DNA of 44,954 nucleotides from an uncultured Roseivirgaceae bacterium (GCA_964583905.1 CAZOYJ010000003.1:1-44954); one strand, 5' to 3'. Positions 16,934 through 25,834 are shown, numbered from the stretch's first letter. Notes: generated by a model not told the origin, from the letters alone. Numbers and translations: made by a program.

Positions 16934-18265
16934 TTACCGCATCAATTTCCCCAGGGCCTCGTGAACTTTCCTGAAGTTAAATCGCTGCACTACTTCTGCC
17001 ATCATGCGCTGAATTTCAGGCAAAGCCAAATTACCGATACTGCCTTCATGCGTGTGCTGAAGGGTTTTATCCGGATTGAAATTTCCTTTGTCAATATCCA
17101 ATCCTATTTTTTTATACGCATCCCGGAAGGGCATCCCGGATAACACCAGTTTGTTCACTTCCTCCACACTGAAAAGGAAGGTATACTTTTCATCGTCCAG
17201 GATGTTCTCCTTTACAGTGATGTTCGACACCATCAGGTGCATCATCTGTAAACAATCTTTCAACTGCTGAATGGCCGGAAAGAGCATTTCTTTCAGCACC
17301 TGCAAATCGCGGTGGTACCCCGAAGGAAGATTAGCAGTGGTAAGTGCAATATCATTGGGAAGCGCCTGAAGCTGATTGCCTCTTGCGCGGATCAACTCAA
17401 ACACATCCGGATTTTTTTTGTGGGGCATGATGCTCGAACCGGTAGTTAATTCATCCGGAAAACTTATGAACCCGAAATTCGGGTTCATAAACAAACACGC
17501 ATCGGTGGAAAGCTTTGCGAGGGTTGCCGCTACATTCGCTAAGGCCGAAGCAACAATGCGTTCGGTTTTGCCGCGGCCCATTTGCGCGTACACCACGTTA
17601 TAATTCAGGTCATCAAAGCCCAGAAGTTCCGTAGTCATTTTCCGGTTCAACGGAAAAGACGAACCATAACCGGCTGCCGACCCCAACGGGTTTTTGTTTA
17701 CCACACGGTATGCGGCTTCCAGCGTAATCACATCATCCACCAGACTTTCGGCATATGCCCCGAACCACAACCCGAACGATGAGGGCATGGCCAGTTGCAG
17801 GTGGGTATAGCCTGGTAGCAAATCCGTTTTATGTTTTTCACTTTGTGCGATCAACAAATCAAATAGATCTTTGGCAAGGGTAACGATTTGCTCCATCTCG
17901 AACCGCAAATACAACTTGATATCCAGCAACACCTGGTCGTTGCGCGAACGGCCGCTGTGGATTTTCTTGCCCACCTCTCCGCGCTTTTTGGTCAGCTCCA
18001 ACTCCACCTGCGAATGAATATCTTCAACACCTGCTTCAACCTTAAACTCACCGCGTTCAATCCGGGAATAAATATTCTTCAGTTCAGTTGTTAAACTTTC
18101 CAATTCTTTAGGTTCCAGCAAACCAACCGACTCCAACATGCGGATATGAGCCAACGACCCCAACACATCGAAACGCGCCAGGTACAGGTCCATCTCCGGG
18201 TCTTTCCCGATCGTGAATTGCTCCACCGCTTTCAGCGAGTCTTTATCTTTTTGCCAGAGTTTCAT
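16934..18265 (-). CDS. argH: Argininosuccinate lyase
   Basis: 443 aa of the fumarate-lyase superfamily. The signature is GSSIMPHKKNPD, with TGRSRND-like HSGRSRNDQV. It is the last gene of the arg string. Confidence 0.95.
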   Translation of the reverse strand: MKLWQKDKDSLKAVEQFTIGKDPEMDLYLARFDVLGSLAHIRMLESVGLLEPKELESLTTELKNIYSRIERGEFKVEAGVEDIHSQVELELTKKRGEVGKKIHSGRSRNDQVLLDIKLYLRFEMEQIVTLAKDLFDLLIAQSEKHKTDLLPGYTHLQLAMPSSFGLWFGAYAESLVDDVITLEAAYRVVNKNPLGSAAGYGSSFPLNRKMTTELLGFDDLNYNVVYAQMGRGKTERIVASALANVAATLAKLSTDACLFMNPNFGFISFPDELTTGSSIMPHKKNPDVFELIRARGNQLQALPNDIALTTANLPSGYHRDLQVLKEMLFPAIQQLKDCLQMMHLMVSNITVKENILDDEKYTFLFSVEEVNKLVLSGMPFRDAYKKIGLDIDKGNFNPDKTLQHTHEGSIGNLALPEIQRMMAEVVQRFNFRKVHEALGKLMR

Positions 18266-18315
18266 TTCAGTTGCCGCTTTCCTGTTCCCGGTTAACCGGA
18301 AACTGCAAACGATTT

Positions 18316-19371
18316 TTATAGGTTTTCAATAAGTCGAATATACGTTTCTATTCCTTGCTTCAGTTCATCCACATAAATAAACTCATCCGCGCTATGCGAT
18401 CGGGCCGAATCGCCCGGACCGATTTTTACCGAGGGCACCGGAATAAGGGCCTGATCGGATGTGGTGGGTGAACCAAATTTTTCAATACCCAATTCATCCG
18501 CAGCTTTTGCCAATGCATGATCACCCGGAATACCGGAAGGTTTTAAACGGAGTGAGCGTGGCGTAACCACACATGAAACCTGTTGTTGAATAATGGCCAG
18601 CACTTCTTCCAGGGTATAGGCATCCGTTACCCGGACATCCACCGTAAAGCGGCATTCTGCCGGAACAACATTATGCAGCCTGCCAGCCTCGATAACCGTA
18701 ACCGTCATTTTTACTTCGCCCAGCGTTTCGGAAATTTTCGGGAAGCGATACGTGCGAAACCATTCGATATCTTTAAGTGCATGGTAAATCGCATTTTCAC
18801 CTTCGTTGCGCGCAGCATGGCCGGCCTTGCCTTTCACCAGGCAATCCAACACCATCAACCCTTTTTCAGCAATGGCCATTTGGCACAAGGTAGGCTCGCC
18901 AACAATGGCAAAGTCAATGGCTGGTAACATGTTCCAGATTCTTTCAACACCACCGGTTCCGGAAATTTCTTCTTCGGCAGTTGCTGCCAGCACAAAATTA
19001 TACTTCAGCGTTTCATGTTCGTAAAAATGTAAAAACGCAGCGATCAGTGCCACCAGCGCTCCGCCCGCATCATTACTCCCCAATCCAAAAAGTTTTCCAT
19101 CGCTAACCTCCGCGTTGAACGGGTTGCGGGTATAGCCAGGATTGGGCGTTACGGTATCGTGGTGCGAGTTCAGCAGGATGGTAGGTTTTGACGTGTCAAC
19201 ATATTTATTACTGGCCCACACATTGTTTCCGGAACGGTTAACCAACACACCATGATGGTCAAGAAACGAAGCGATCAGTTCAGCCGTTTTAAATTCTTCC
19301 TTACTGAAGGAAGGTGTGGCGATTAACTGCCGCAATAACGTTAAAGCTTCATCAAACGCTGCCGGATTCAT
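18316..19371 (-). CDS. argE: M20-family N-acyl-ornithine deacylase (ArgE-like)
   Basis: 351 aa with M20 motifs (LNSHHDTV, GSNDAGG, EEE in TAEEEISG). The ATG overlaps the argB stop (ATGA). Confidence 0.75.
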   Translation of the reverse strand: MNPAAFDEALTLLRQLIATPSFSKEEFKTAELIASFLDHHGVLVNRSGNNVWASNKYVDTSKPTILLNSHHDTVTPNPGYTRNPFNAEVSDGKLFGLGSNDAGGALVALIAAFLHFYEHETLKYNFVLAATAEEEISGTGGVERIWNMLPAIDFAIVGEPTLCQMAIAEKGLMVLDCLVKGKAGHAARNEGENAIYHALKDIEWFRTYRFPKISETLGEVKMTVTVIEAGRLHNVVPAECRFTVDVRVTDAYTLEEVLAIIQQQVSCVVTPRSLRLKPSGIPGDHALAKAADELGIEKFGSPTTSDQALIPVPSVKIGPGDSARSHSADEFIYVDELKQGIETYIRLIENL

Positions 19372-20159
19372 TGCTTTACAACAAGTGTTCCTTCCGTTTC
19401 CTGGCCGGTGTTGCGAAGCAAGTGTGTAGCATCGCCAATTAACACTTCCTTTACACCTGCATTAATCGCAACAAAGGCATTCTCAAGCTTTGGCAAAATC
19501 CCATCTACAAACACGCCCCGGCTGAGTAATTCTTTATAGGTGCTCTCGGAGAGGTGTTGAACAACAGACGATTCATCATTTACATTCATCAGTACACCTT
19601 TCTTTTCAAAACAGAAAATCAAACGCACATTAAAATGCTTGCTTAACGCGATGGCTAGCACCGAAGCAATCGTATCGGCATTGGTGTTGAGCATGGTGCC
19701 ATCGGCATGGGTTAAGGGAGCAAAAACCGGTATCACATTCTGTTGTAAGAGAAAGTACAGGAGCAACGTATTCACATCGGACGCCTGGATATCGCCAACC
19801 AATCCAAAGTCGATATCGGTTACCGGCCGCTTTACAGCTTTTATAAGGTTTCCATCGGCTCCGGTTACACCCAGGGCGTTACATCCCAACTGTTGCAGTT
19901 GAGCTACCAGTTGCTTGTTTACCAGGCCGCCATATACCATGGTAGCCAGGTCGAGGGTTCCGGCATCGGTAATTCTTCGTCCCTTTACAAACGTAGCTTG
20001 CAGGCCTAACTGCTCACCCAATTTAGTGGCGGTTTTTCCCCCACCATGCACGAGAATTTTCGGTTCGCGAATGGATGAAAAATCAGCCAGGAATTTTTTC
20101 AGAGCCACCGGGTTATCCAAAACATTCCCGCCAATCTTGATGATGTATAGCTTATTCAT
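19368..20159 (-). CDS. argB: Acetylglutamate kinase
   Basis: 263 aa of the amino-acid kinase fold, with IIKIGGNVL, VHGGG and NTNADT. Confidence 0.9.
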   Translation of the reverse strand: MNKLYIIKIGGNVLDNPVALKKFLADFSSIREPKILVHGGGKTATKLGEQLGLQATFVKGRRITDAGTLDLATMVYGGLVNKQLVAQLQQLGCNALGVTGADGNLIKAVKRPVTDIDFGLVGDIQASDVNTLLLYFLLQQNVIPVFAPLTHADGTMLNTNADTIASVLAIALSKHFNVRLIFCFEKKGVLMNVNDESSVVQHLSESTYKELLSRGVFVDGILPKLENAFVAINAGVKEVLIGDATHLLRNTGQETEGTLVVKQ

Positions 20160-20163
20160 TTCT

Positions 20164-21123
20164 TTACGTCTTGATCGTTGACAAAATTTGACTCAATACG
20201 GCCTGCGCAGCCCACACCCGGTTGCCTGCCTGCTGGGTTACCAAACTCGCTGAACTATCCAGTACCTCACTGCTTAATTCAACATTTCTGCGCACCGGCA
20301 AGCAATGCATAACCCGGGCACGGTTAGTAGCTTCCAGTTTTTTATTCGTCACCATCCACGCGGCATCCTGGCTCAACTGCTTACCATAATCGGTATAGGC
20401 ACTCCAGCTTTTCACGTACACAAAATCCGCATTCCGTAAGGCTTCCTCCTGATTGTGGGTAACCGAAGCGCCTGTTGTAAAAATTGAATCCAGTTCATAA
20501 CCTTCCGGATGTGTGATCACAAAATCTGTTTCGCCCCAGGCATTGATCCATTGAGCAAAGCTGTTGGCAACACATTGTGGTAACGCCTTGACATGAGGCG
20601 CCCAGGTTAGCACTACTTTTGGCTTGCGCTTTTCCGAAAACGTCTCTTTCACGGTAATGATATCCGCCAGGCTTTGCAACGGATGAAGGGTTGCACTCTC
20701 CAGGCTCACTACGGGAATACCGGAATACCTGATGAACTGATTGATGTATACCTCCGAATAATCTTCTTCCCGGTTTTTTAATACCGGAAAGGTGCGCAAC
20801 CCTAACACATCAAAATATTTTCCCAGCACAGGGGCGGCATCCTTTACATGCTCAACTGCTGTACCGTTCATTATCACTTCTTCGTCAAATTCAAGGGCCC
20901 AGCCTTCCGATCCCACATTAAACACGAGGGTACTCATACCCAGGTTCTCTGCTGCAATTTGTGTACTTAACCGGGTGCGCATGCTGGGATTCAAAAACAA
21001 CAAGCCCATCCGTTTACCGGCCCCTAATGTTTTATCCTGTAACGGATTGGTCTTGTAGGCCAGCGCTTTCGCTACCAACGCATTCAGATCTTGAACGTCA
21101 TTTACTGAGATGAAATTTCTCAT
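20164..21123 (-). CDS. argF: N-acyl-L-ornithine carbamoyltransferase (acetyl- or succinyl-ornithine type, ArgF')
   Basis: Transcarbamylase fold with SMRTR (carbamoyl-phosphate site), HPLQ and HCLP. It lacks the classical ornithine DxxxSMG-type context and resembles the Bacteroidota/Xanthomonas ArgF' class. The start is trimmed to ATG 21123, which overlaps the argD stop (ATGA). Confidence 0.8.
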   Translation of the reverse strand: MRNFISVNDVQDLNALVAKALAYKTNPLQDKTLGAGKRMGLLFLNPSMRTRLSTQIAAENLGMSTLVFNVGSEGWALEFDEEVIMNGTAVEHVKDAAPVLGKYFDVLGLRTFPVLKNREEDYSEVYINQFIRYSGIPVVSLESATLHPLQSLADIITVKETFSEKRKPKVVLTWAPHVKALPQCVANSFAQWINAWGETDFVITHPEGYELDSIFTTGASVTHNQEEALRNADFVYVKSWSAYTDYGKQLSQDAAWMVTNKKLEATNRARVMHCLPVRRNVELSSEVLDSSASLVTQQAGNRVWAAQAVLSQILSTIKT

Positions 21124-22271
21124 GCGCCTTTTATTTTCTCTGTGCTTGGTACTTGAAAACATTTCTGTAAGGCATCTATAAAATAATCCACTTCATTTTT
21201 TGTGATGGCCAGCGAAGGCAACAACCGGATGGTATTGGGCTTTGCTTCTCCGGTAAAAATGTGATGGGTATTCAACAAATCGCTCCGGGTCGATCTCCGT
21301 TCTTCCGGAAGATCAAATCCCAGCATCAATCCTTTGCCACGCAAGGGTTGTATTTCCGGAAAGGCTTTCAACTTGCTCGCCAGGTAAGCGCCCAGCGTTG
21401 CTGTGTTTTCAATAAGTTTTTCTGTTTCCATCACTTCCAGTACAGCCAACCCTGCTGCACACGCCAGGTGATTGCCCCCGAAGGTTGTGCCCAGCATGCC
21501 GTGCCACGATTTTATTTCCGGATGAATGAGCACACCCCCTACCGGGAAACCGTTGCCCATGCCTTTCGCTATAGTGATTAGATCAGGTTTGATGTCTGCA
21601 AACTGGTGCGCAAAGAATTTCCCGGTTCTTCCGTACCCGGATTGGATTTCATCGAGGATCAATACCGCGCCTTCTTCCTTACACCGTTGTTCCAGCAACT
21701 GAAGGAACGAGGATTCGGGTTCACGGATACCGCCTACGCCCTGAATTCCTTCAATGATTACTGCCGCCACACGGTCATCGAATACCTGCAGAAAAGCCTG
21801 CTCATCATTCAAGGGTACAAAGATCATCTCGTGTTGTTTGTCAAAAGGCGTATGGATTTTCGGATTATCGGTAACCGATACCGCGCCTGAAGTACGGCCA
21901 TGAAAGGCTTTATCAAATGCGATTACTTTTTTTCTTCCGGTAACAAACGATGCCAGCTTCAACGCATTTTCATTGGCCTCGGCTCCTGAATTACAAAGAA
22001 AAAGCTGGTAATCGCAATAGCCGGAAAGCTCCCCTAATTTTTCAGCCAGCTTTTGCTGCAACGGATTTTGAATGCTGTTGGAGTAGAACCCGATTTGCTC
22101 CAATTGTGCCGTGATGGCCGCCACATACGTGGGATGCGCATGGCCGATCGAGATGACAGCATGGCCGCCATACAGGTCCAGATACTTCACGCCCCGTTCA
22201 TCCCATAACCACGAGCCCTGGGCTTTTACAGGTTTGATCGGAAACAACGGATATACATCAAAAAGCTTCAT
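21120..22271 (-). CDS. argD: Acetyl/succinyl-ornithine aminotransferase (class III PLP)
   Basis: It has LYGGHAVISIGH, LCNSGAEANE, DEIQSGYGRTGKFFA and the PLP-Lys region TIAKGMGNGFP. The start is trimmed to ATG 22271 (MKLFDVYP...), 10 nt after the argC stop. Confidence 0.9.
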   Translation of the reverse strand: MKLFDVYPLFPIKPVKAQGSWLWDERGVKYLDLYGGHAVISIGHAHPTYVAAITAQLEQIGFYSNSIQNPLQQKLAEKLGELSGYCDYQLFLCNSGAEANENALKLASFVTGRKKVIAFDKAFHGRTSGAVSVTDNPKIHTPFDKQHEMIFVPLNDEQAFLQVFDDRVAAVIIEGIQGVGGIREPESSFLQLLEQRCKEEGAVLILDEIQSGYGRTGKFFAHQFADIKPDLITIAKGMGNGFPVGGVLIHPEIKSWHGMLGTTFGGNHLACAAGLAVLEVMETEKLIENTATLGAYLASKLKAFPEIQPLRGKGLMLGFDLPEERRSTRSDLLNTHHIFTGEAKPNTIRLLPSLAITKNEVDYFIDALQKCFQVPSTEKIKGA

Positions 22272-22281
22272 GCGGTTCGGT

Positions 22282-23265
22282 TTAAAAAGCGGATGGTTTA
22301 AGTTGCAATCCGGATTTTTCATCCAATCCGAACATCAGGTTCATATTCTGCACGGCTTGCCCGGAAGCTCCCTTTAACAAATTATCCAGGGCGGAGTGGA
22401 TTACCAGTTTATCGCCTTCCTTCTCCAGGTAGATCAAACACTTATTGGTATTCACCACTTGCTTCAGGTCAACCTGCTTATCGGAAACTATTGTAAAAGC
22501 ATGGGCTGCATAAAACGTTTTATAAAGCCGGTTCAATTCATCCAGGGATTGATTTGTGGTAACTACTGAACTCACAAAAATGCCGCGGGTAAAATCTCCA
22601 CGCCAGGGAACGAAATGCAAATTACCGGGATACATTGGTTGCAGTTGCTGCAACGATTGATTGACTTCTGCCACATGTTGATGCGTTAAGGTTTTATAGG
22701 CAGAAATATTATTGGCACGCCAGGTGAAGTGCGTGGTTTCCTGCAATTTTTGCCCTGCCCCGGTTGAACCGGTAATGCCGGTGGCGTACACATCACCCAG
22801 CCATCCGGCTGAGGCCAGCGGTAAAAGCCCAAGTTGAATGGCCGTAGCAAAGCATCCGGGGTTGGCTATGTTATCCGCCTCCCGAATTTTTTCCCGGTTC
22901 AGTTCGGGCAACCCATAAACAAACGATCGTCCATTTACCTCATTCCCCAATCTGAAATCGTGGCTCAAGTCAATGATTTTAACAGAAGCCGGAAGAATGT
23001 TTTCCTGTAGAAATTTATTGCTTTCGCCATGACCGAGGCACAGAAAAATAACGTCTGTTTCGTGCTTGATCGAATCCGTAAAGTTCAAATCGGTATCGCC
23101 AATCAGATCGGTGTGTAACGTATGCAAGGGTTTCCCGGCTTGGCTCCGGCTATGAACGAATATTAGTTCAGCAATTGGATGCCGGAGCAACAACCGGACG
23201 GTTTCGCCACCCGTGTAGCCGGCTCCGCCAACAATGCCTGCTCTAATTGTAGATTCCTTACTCAT
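22282..23265 (-). CDS. argC: N-acetyl-gamma-glutamyl-phosphate reductase
   Basis: 327 aa with the NAD motif GIVGGAGYTGGE and the active-site region ANPGCFAT. Confidence 0.93.
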   Translation of the reverse strand: MSKESTIRAGIVGGAGYTGGETVRLLLRHPIAELIFVHSRSQAGKPLHTLHTDLIGDTDLNFTDSIKHETDVIFLCLGHGESNKFLQENILPASVKIIDLSHDFRLGNEVNGRSFVYGLPELNREKIREADNIANPGCFATAIQLGLLPLASAGWLGDVYATGITGSTGAGQKLQETTHFTWRANNISAYKTLTHQHVAEVNQSLQQLQPMYPGNLHFVPWRGDFTRGIFVSSVVTTNQSLDELNRLYKTFYAAHAFTIVSDKQVDLKQVVNTNKCLIYLEKEGDKLVIHSALDNLLKGASGQAVQNMNLMFGLDEKSGLQLKPSAF

Positions 23266-23295
23266 TTTAAATCAAAATTCTGTACTAAATACTTT

Positions 23296-23394
23296 CTTAA
23301 CCACAAAGAGCACAAAGTAAACTCGCAAAGCACTCAAGAATCCTCTCCCAGCTTTGTGCCCTTTGCGCAACACTTTGCGTCCTTTGTGGTTAAG
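23296..23394. repeat. Imperfect palindromic intergenic element built from CACAAAG/CGCAAAG units and their complements (REP/MITE-like)
   Basis: The left arm cttaaccacaaag-agcacaaag-taaactcgcaaag starts at 23296. The right arm gctttgtgcc-ctttgcgc-aacactttgcg-tcctttgtggttaag ends at 23394. The outer 13 bp are perfectly complementary and the inner units partly so. It lies between argG and argC. Confidence 0.8.
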
Positions 23395-23417
23395 GATTTC
23401 CAATCGCAGATTTCGAA

Positions 23418-24626
23418 TCATGGTTTATTTACATCATGACTTGCTCTTACCTGATGATAAATCGAAACCTGGTTCCCAAAAATCTTGGTAAAGCCTTTCA
23501 CATCTTCGCCCGTCCAGCCCAGGTTCATCTCGCCATACTGGCCAAATTTTGATGACATTAAATCGAAGGACGATTCGATGCCGATAACCTGAAACCGGTA
23601 CGGATGCAATTCAACGTGAACATCACCCGTTACGTGTTGCTGGGTGCTGGCGAGAAACGCTTCAAGGTCGCGCATTACCGGGTCGAGGTATTGCCCTTCG
23701 TGCAGCCAGTTACCATAAAATTGCGCAAGCTGGTCTTTCCAGGTTAACTGCCACTTGGTAAGCACATGCTTTTCCAACGCGTGATGCGCCTTAATAATCA
23801 CCACAGGCGCTGCCGCTTCAAAACCCACCCGCCCTTTTATGCCGATTACCGTGTCACCCACATGTATATCGCGACCAATGCCAAACGGACCGGCAAGGTT
23901 TTGCAATTACTGAATGGCTTCTACCGGATGTGAAAATGATTTTTCATTGATCTTCACCAACTCTCCTTTTACAAAATGCAGCACCACTTTCTCCGGTGCG
24001 GTTTTCGAAATCGGTGTGGGCCAGGCCTCCTCCGGAAGCATGCCCAGCGAATGGAGCGTTTCTTTTCCACCAACCGATGTGCCCCAGATGCCTTTATTAA
24101 CAGAGTATTGGGCTTTCTCAAAGGCCATATCAACACCTTTTGTTTTCAGGTAGCTGATTTCCGCTTTGCGCGATAACCGCATCTCGCGGATAGGCGTAAT
24201 GATTTCCACACCCGGCAACAGGATATTGAACACCAGATCAAACCGCACCTGGTCGTTACCCGCACCGGTACTTCCATGGGCTACGGCATCGGCCTTAACT
24301 TCTTTGGCGTAGTTTGCTACCGCCAGTGCCTGCGACATCCGTTCAGCGCTCACACTTAGCGGGTAAGCGTTATTCTTCAGCACGTTTCCGTAAATCAGGT
24401 AGCGGATTACTTTGTCATAGTAGTTCCGGGTTTCATCTACGGTTTTATGACGGGCCGAGCCCAGCGCTATCGCATGCTGCTCAATGCTTTTCAATTCAGC
24501 GTCATCAAATCCACCCGTGTTTACGGTAATGGTGTGCACCTCAAAACCCTTGTCGTCCCGGAGGTACTTCACGCAATACGAAGTATCCAATCCACCGCTA
24601 AAGGCCAATACAACTTTCTTGTTCAT
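23418..24626 (-). pseudogene. argG: Argininosuccinate synthase interrupted by one in-frame TAA
   Basis: ORF 23907-24626 (MNKKVVLAFSGGLDTSYC..., the N-type ATP-PPase motif) and ORF 23418-23906 are in the same frame. They are separated only by TAA at 23909-23907, reading ...HPVEAIQ*LQNLAGPFGIGRDIHVGDTVIGIKGRVGFEAAAP.... The combined length of about 402 aa equals a full ArgG. This is a nonsense mutation or a base-call error. Confidence 0.8.
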
Positions 24627-24627
24627 C

Positions 24628-25386
24628 TTACCAAAAGAATATGCTTAAAAACGACTTCTTCTTTACTACTTCATTTCCATTCTTGTTACGCGAACGCAAC
24701 AACACAAACTGCTTGAAGCGTACCCACCGTTCAAACAACTTAAAGTTTCCTTTAAACCTGCGCCTGCGTTTTTTCTTCAGGCGGCCCTGCACAGTAACCA
24801 CCGTTTGAATGCTAGCCGGTTGTGCCTGCTGAATTTTGGCGGCCGCTTCCGCAGGATCAAACAACATGGCGGTACACATACAGTTCGTCCGGTTTTTGCT
24901 CATCAGGATTTCGAAGTTCACGCAACTGCGACAGCCCTTCCAGAACTCTTCATCGGTAGTCAGTTCGGAATAGGTTACCGGCTCATAGCCAAGATCCGAG
25001 TTAATCTTCATCACGGCCAATCCGGTGGTGAGGCCGAAGATCTTCGCCTCCGGATATTTCTGCCGCGACAATTCAAAGACCTTACGCTTGATGTCGGTAG
25101 CTACGCCTGTCTTCCGAAAGGGTGGCGACACAATCAGTCCGGAGTTGGCCACATACTTTTCGTGTTGCCACGCTTCGATGTAGCAAAAGCCCACCCAGGC
25201 GCCTTCGTGGGTAACAGCAATAACAGCCTTGCCTTCTTCCATCTTTTTTTCGATGTATTCGGGCGAACGCTGGGCAATACCGGTGCCGCGCGCTTTGGCG
25301 GATTCTTCCATTTCAGCCGTAATTACGGTTGCATAGGGTTTGTCATCGGCTGTAGCCAGCCGGATGATAATAGAATGATTTTTCAA
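24628..25386 (-). CDS. GNAT-family acyltransferase, first gene of the arg operon (probable N-acyl-glutamate synthase substitute), with a basic C-terminal tail
   Basis: The GNAT core is the first 185 aa or so (SGLIVSPPFRKTGVATDIKRKVFE, LGYE). It is followed by an Arg/Lys-rich tail of about 65 aa (RLKKKRRRRFKGNFKLFERWVRFKQF...). The stop lies 1 nt before the argG ATG. Confidence 0.7.
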   Translation of the reverse strand: MKNHSIIIRLATADDKPYATVITAEMEESAKARGTGIAQRSPEYIEKKMEEGKAVIAVTHEGAWVGFCYIEAWQHEKYVANSGLIVSPPFRKTGVATDIKRKVFELSRQKYPEAKIFGLTTGLAVMKINSDLGYEPVTYSELTTDEEFWKGCRSCVNFEILMSKNRTNCMCTAMLFDPAEAAAKIQQAQPASIQTVVTVQGRLKKKRRRRFKGNFKLFERWVRFKQFVLLRSRNKNGNEVVKKKSFLSIFFW

Positions 25387-25755
25387 TTTCTTTATTCAAT
25401 ATTGGTTGAGACGCAATGTGTTGCGTCTGTACGCATTCAAACAATTATTATGGATCCTATGGCGTGGTGTTTACCACCGGTAGGAGCACACATCAAAATC
25501 TCACGCTGCGCAAGATTTTGTTTTTCGATAAAATCGGGCTTACGGTATCAGATACGCACAAAGCGCGTGGGTCGGCATCGCCTGGTCACCATACAGGCTG
25601 GTGTTAAGAACAGGGTTGTTCTTTGGGCTGGGAAAGCGGCCGTAGCTGCTTTTACATTGGTGATCGGTGTTTTCAATTTCGTTGTTAACGGTTTTAGTTA
25701 AACGTCAGATAAAGGTCATTCAGGTTAATTTAGTTTTTACTGAAGTGCAAAAGTA
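25387..25755 (-). promoter_or_regulatory. Putative long 5' leader of the arg operon: candidate -7 box, Arg-rich mini-ORF and hairpins
   Basis: All on the minus strand. TACTTTTG (25755-25748) matches TAnnTTTG. A mini-ORF at 25592-25548 encodes MVTRRCRPTRFVRI*. GATTTT (25535-25530) can pair with AAAATC (25519-25514). Alternatively CAAAATCT (25520-25513) pairs with AGATTTTG (25501-25494). An 8-bp hairpin agacgcaa/ttgcgtct spans 25409-25428. No minus-strand ORF of 60 aa or more lies here. Confidence 0.3.
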
Positions 25756-25799
25756 AACGGAAAATTTTTAGCAATAGCTAATTCCCAAGGCAAAGATTT

Positions 25800-25826
25800 T
25801 GAAAAATACTCCTAACGAAAGTTAGG
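25800..25826 (-). terminator. Possible short intrinsic terminator after the TRIC-channel gene
   Basis: A 6-bp stem cctaac/gttagg (25811-25826) has a 4-nt loop. On the minus strand it is followed by AGTATTTTTC. The stem is short. Confidence 0.35.
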
Positions 25827-25834
25827 TCGTCTTG

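Noticed and set aside
24805-25701. 298-aa plus-strand ORF, the longest unannotated ORF in the window.
   Set aside because: It runs antisense across the GNAT gene and into the leader. Its sequence is low-information (R/G/F-rich, no motifs), typical of a shadow ORF opposite a real gene. The sense-strand GNAT has clear motifs.
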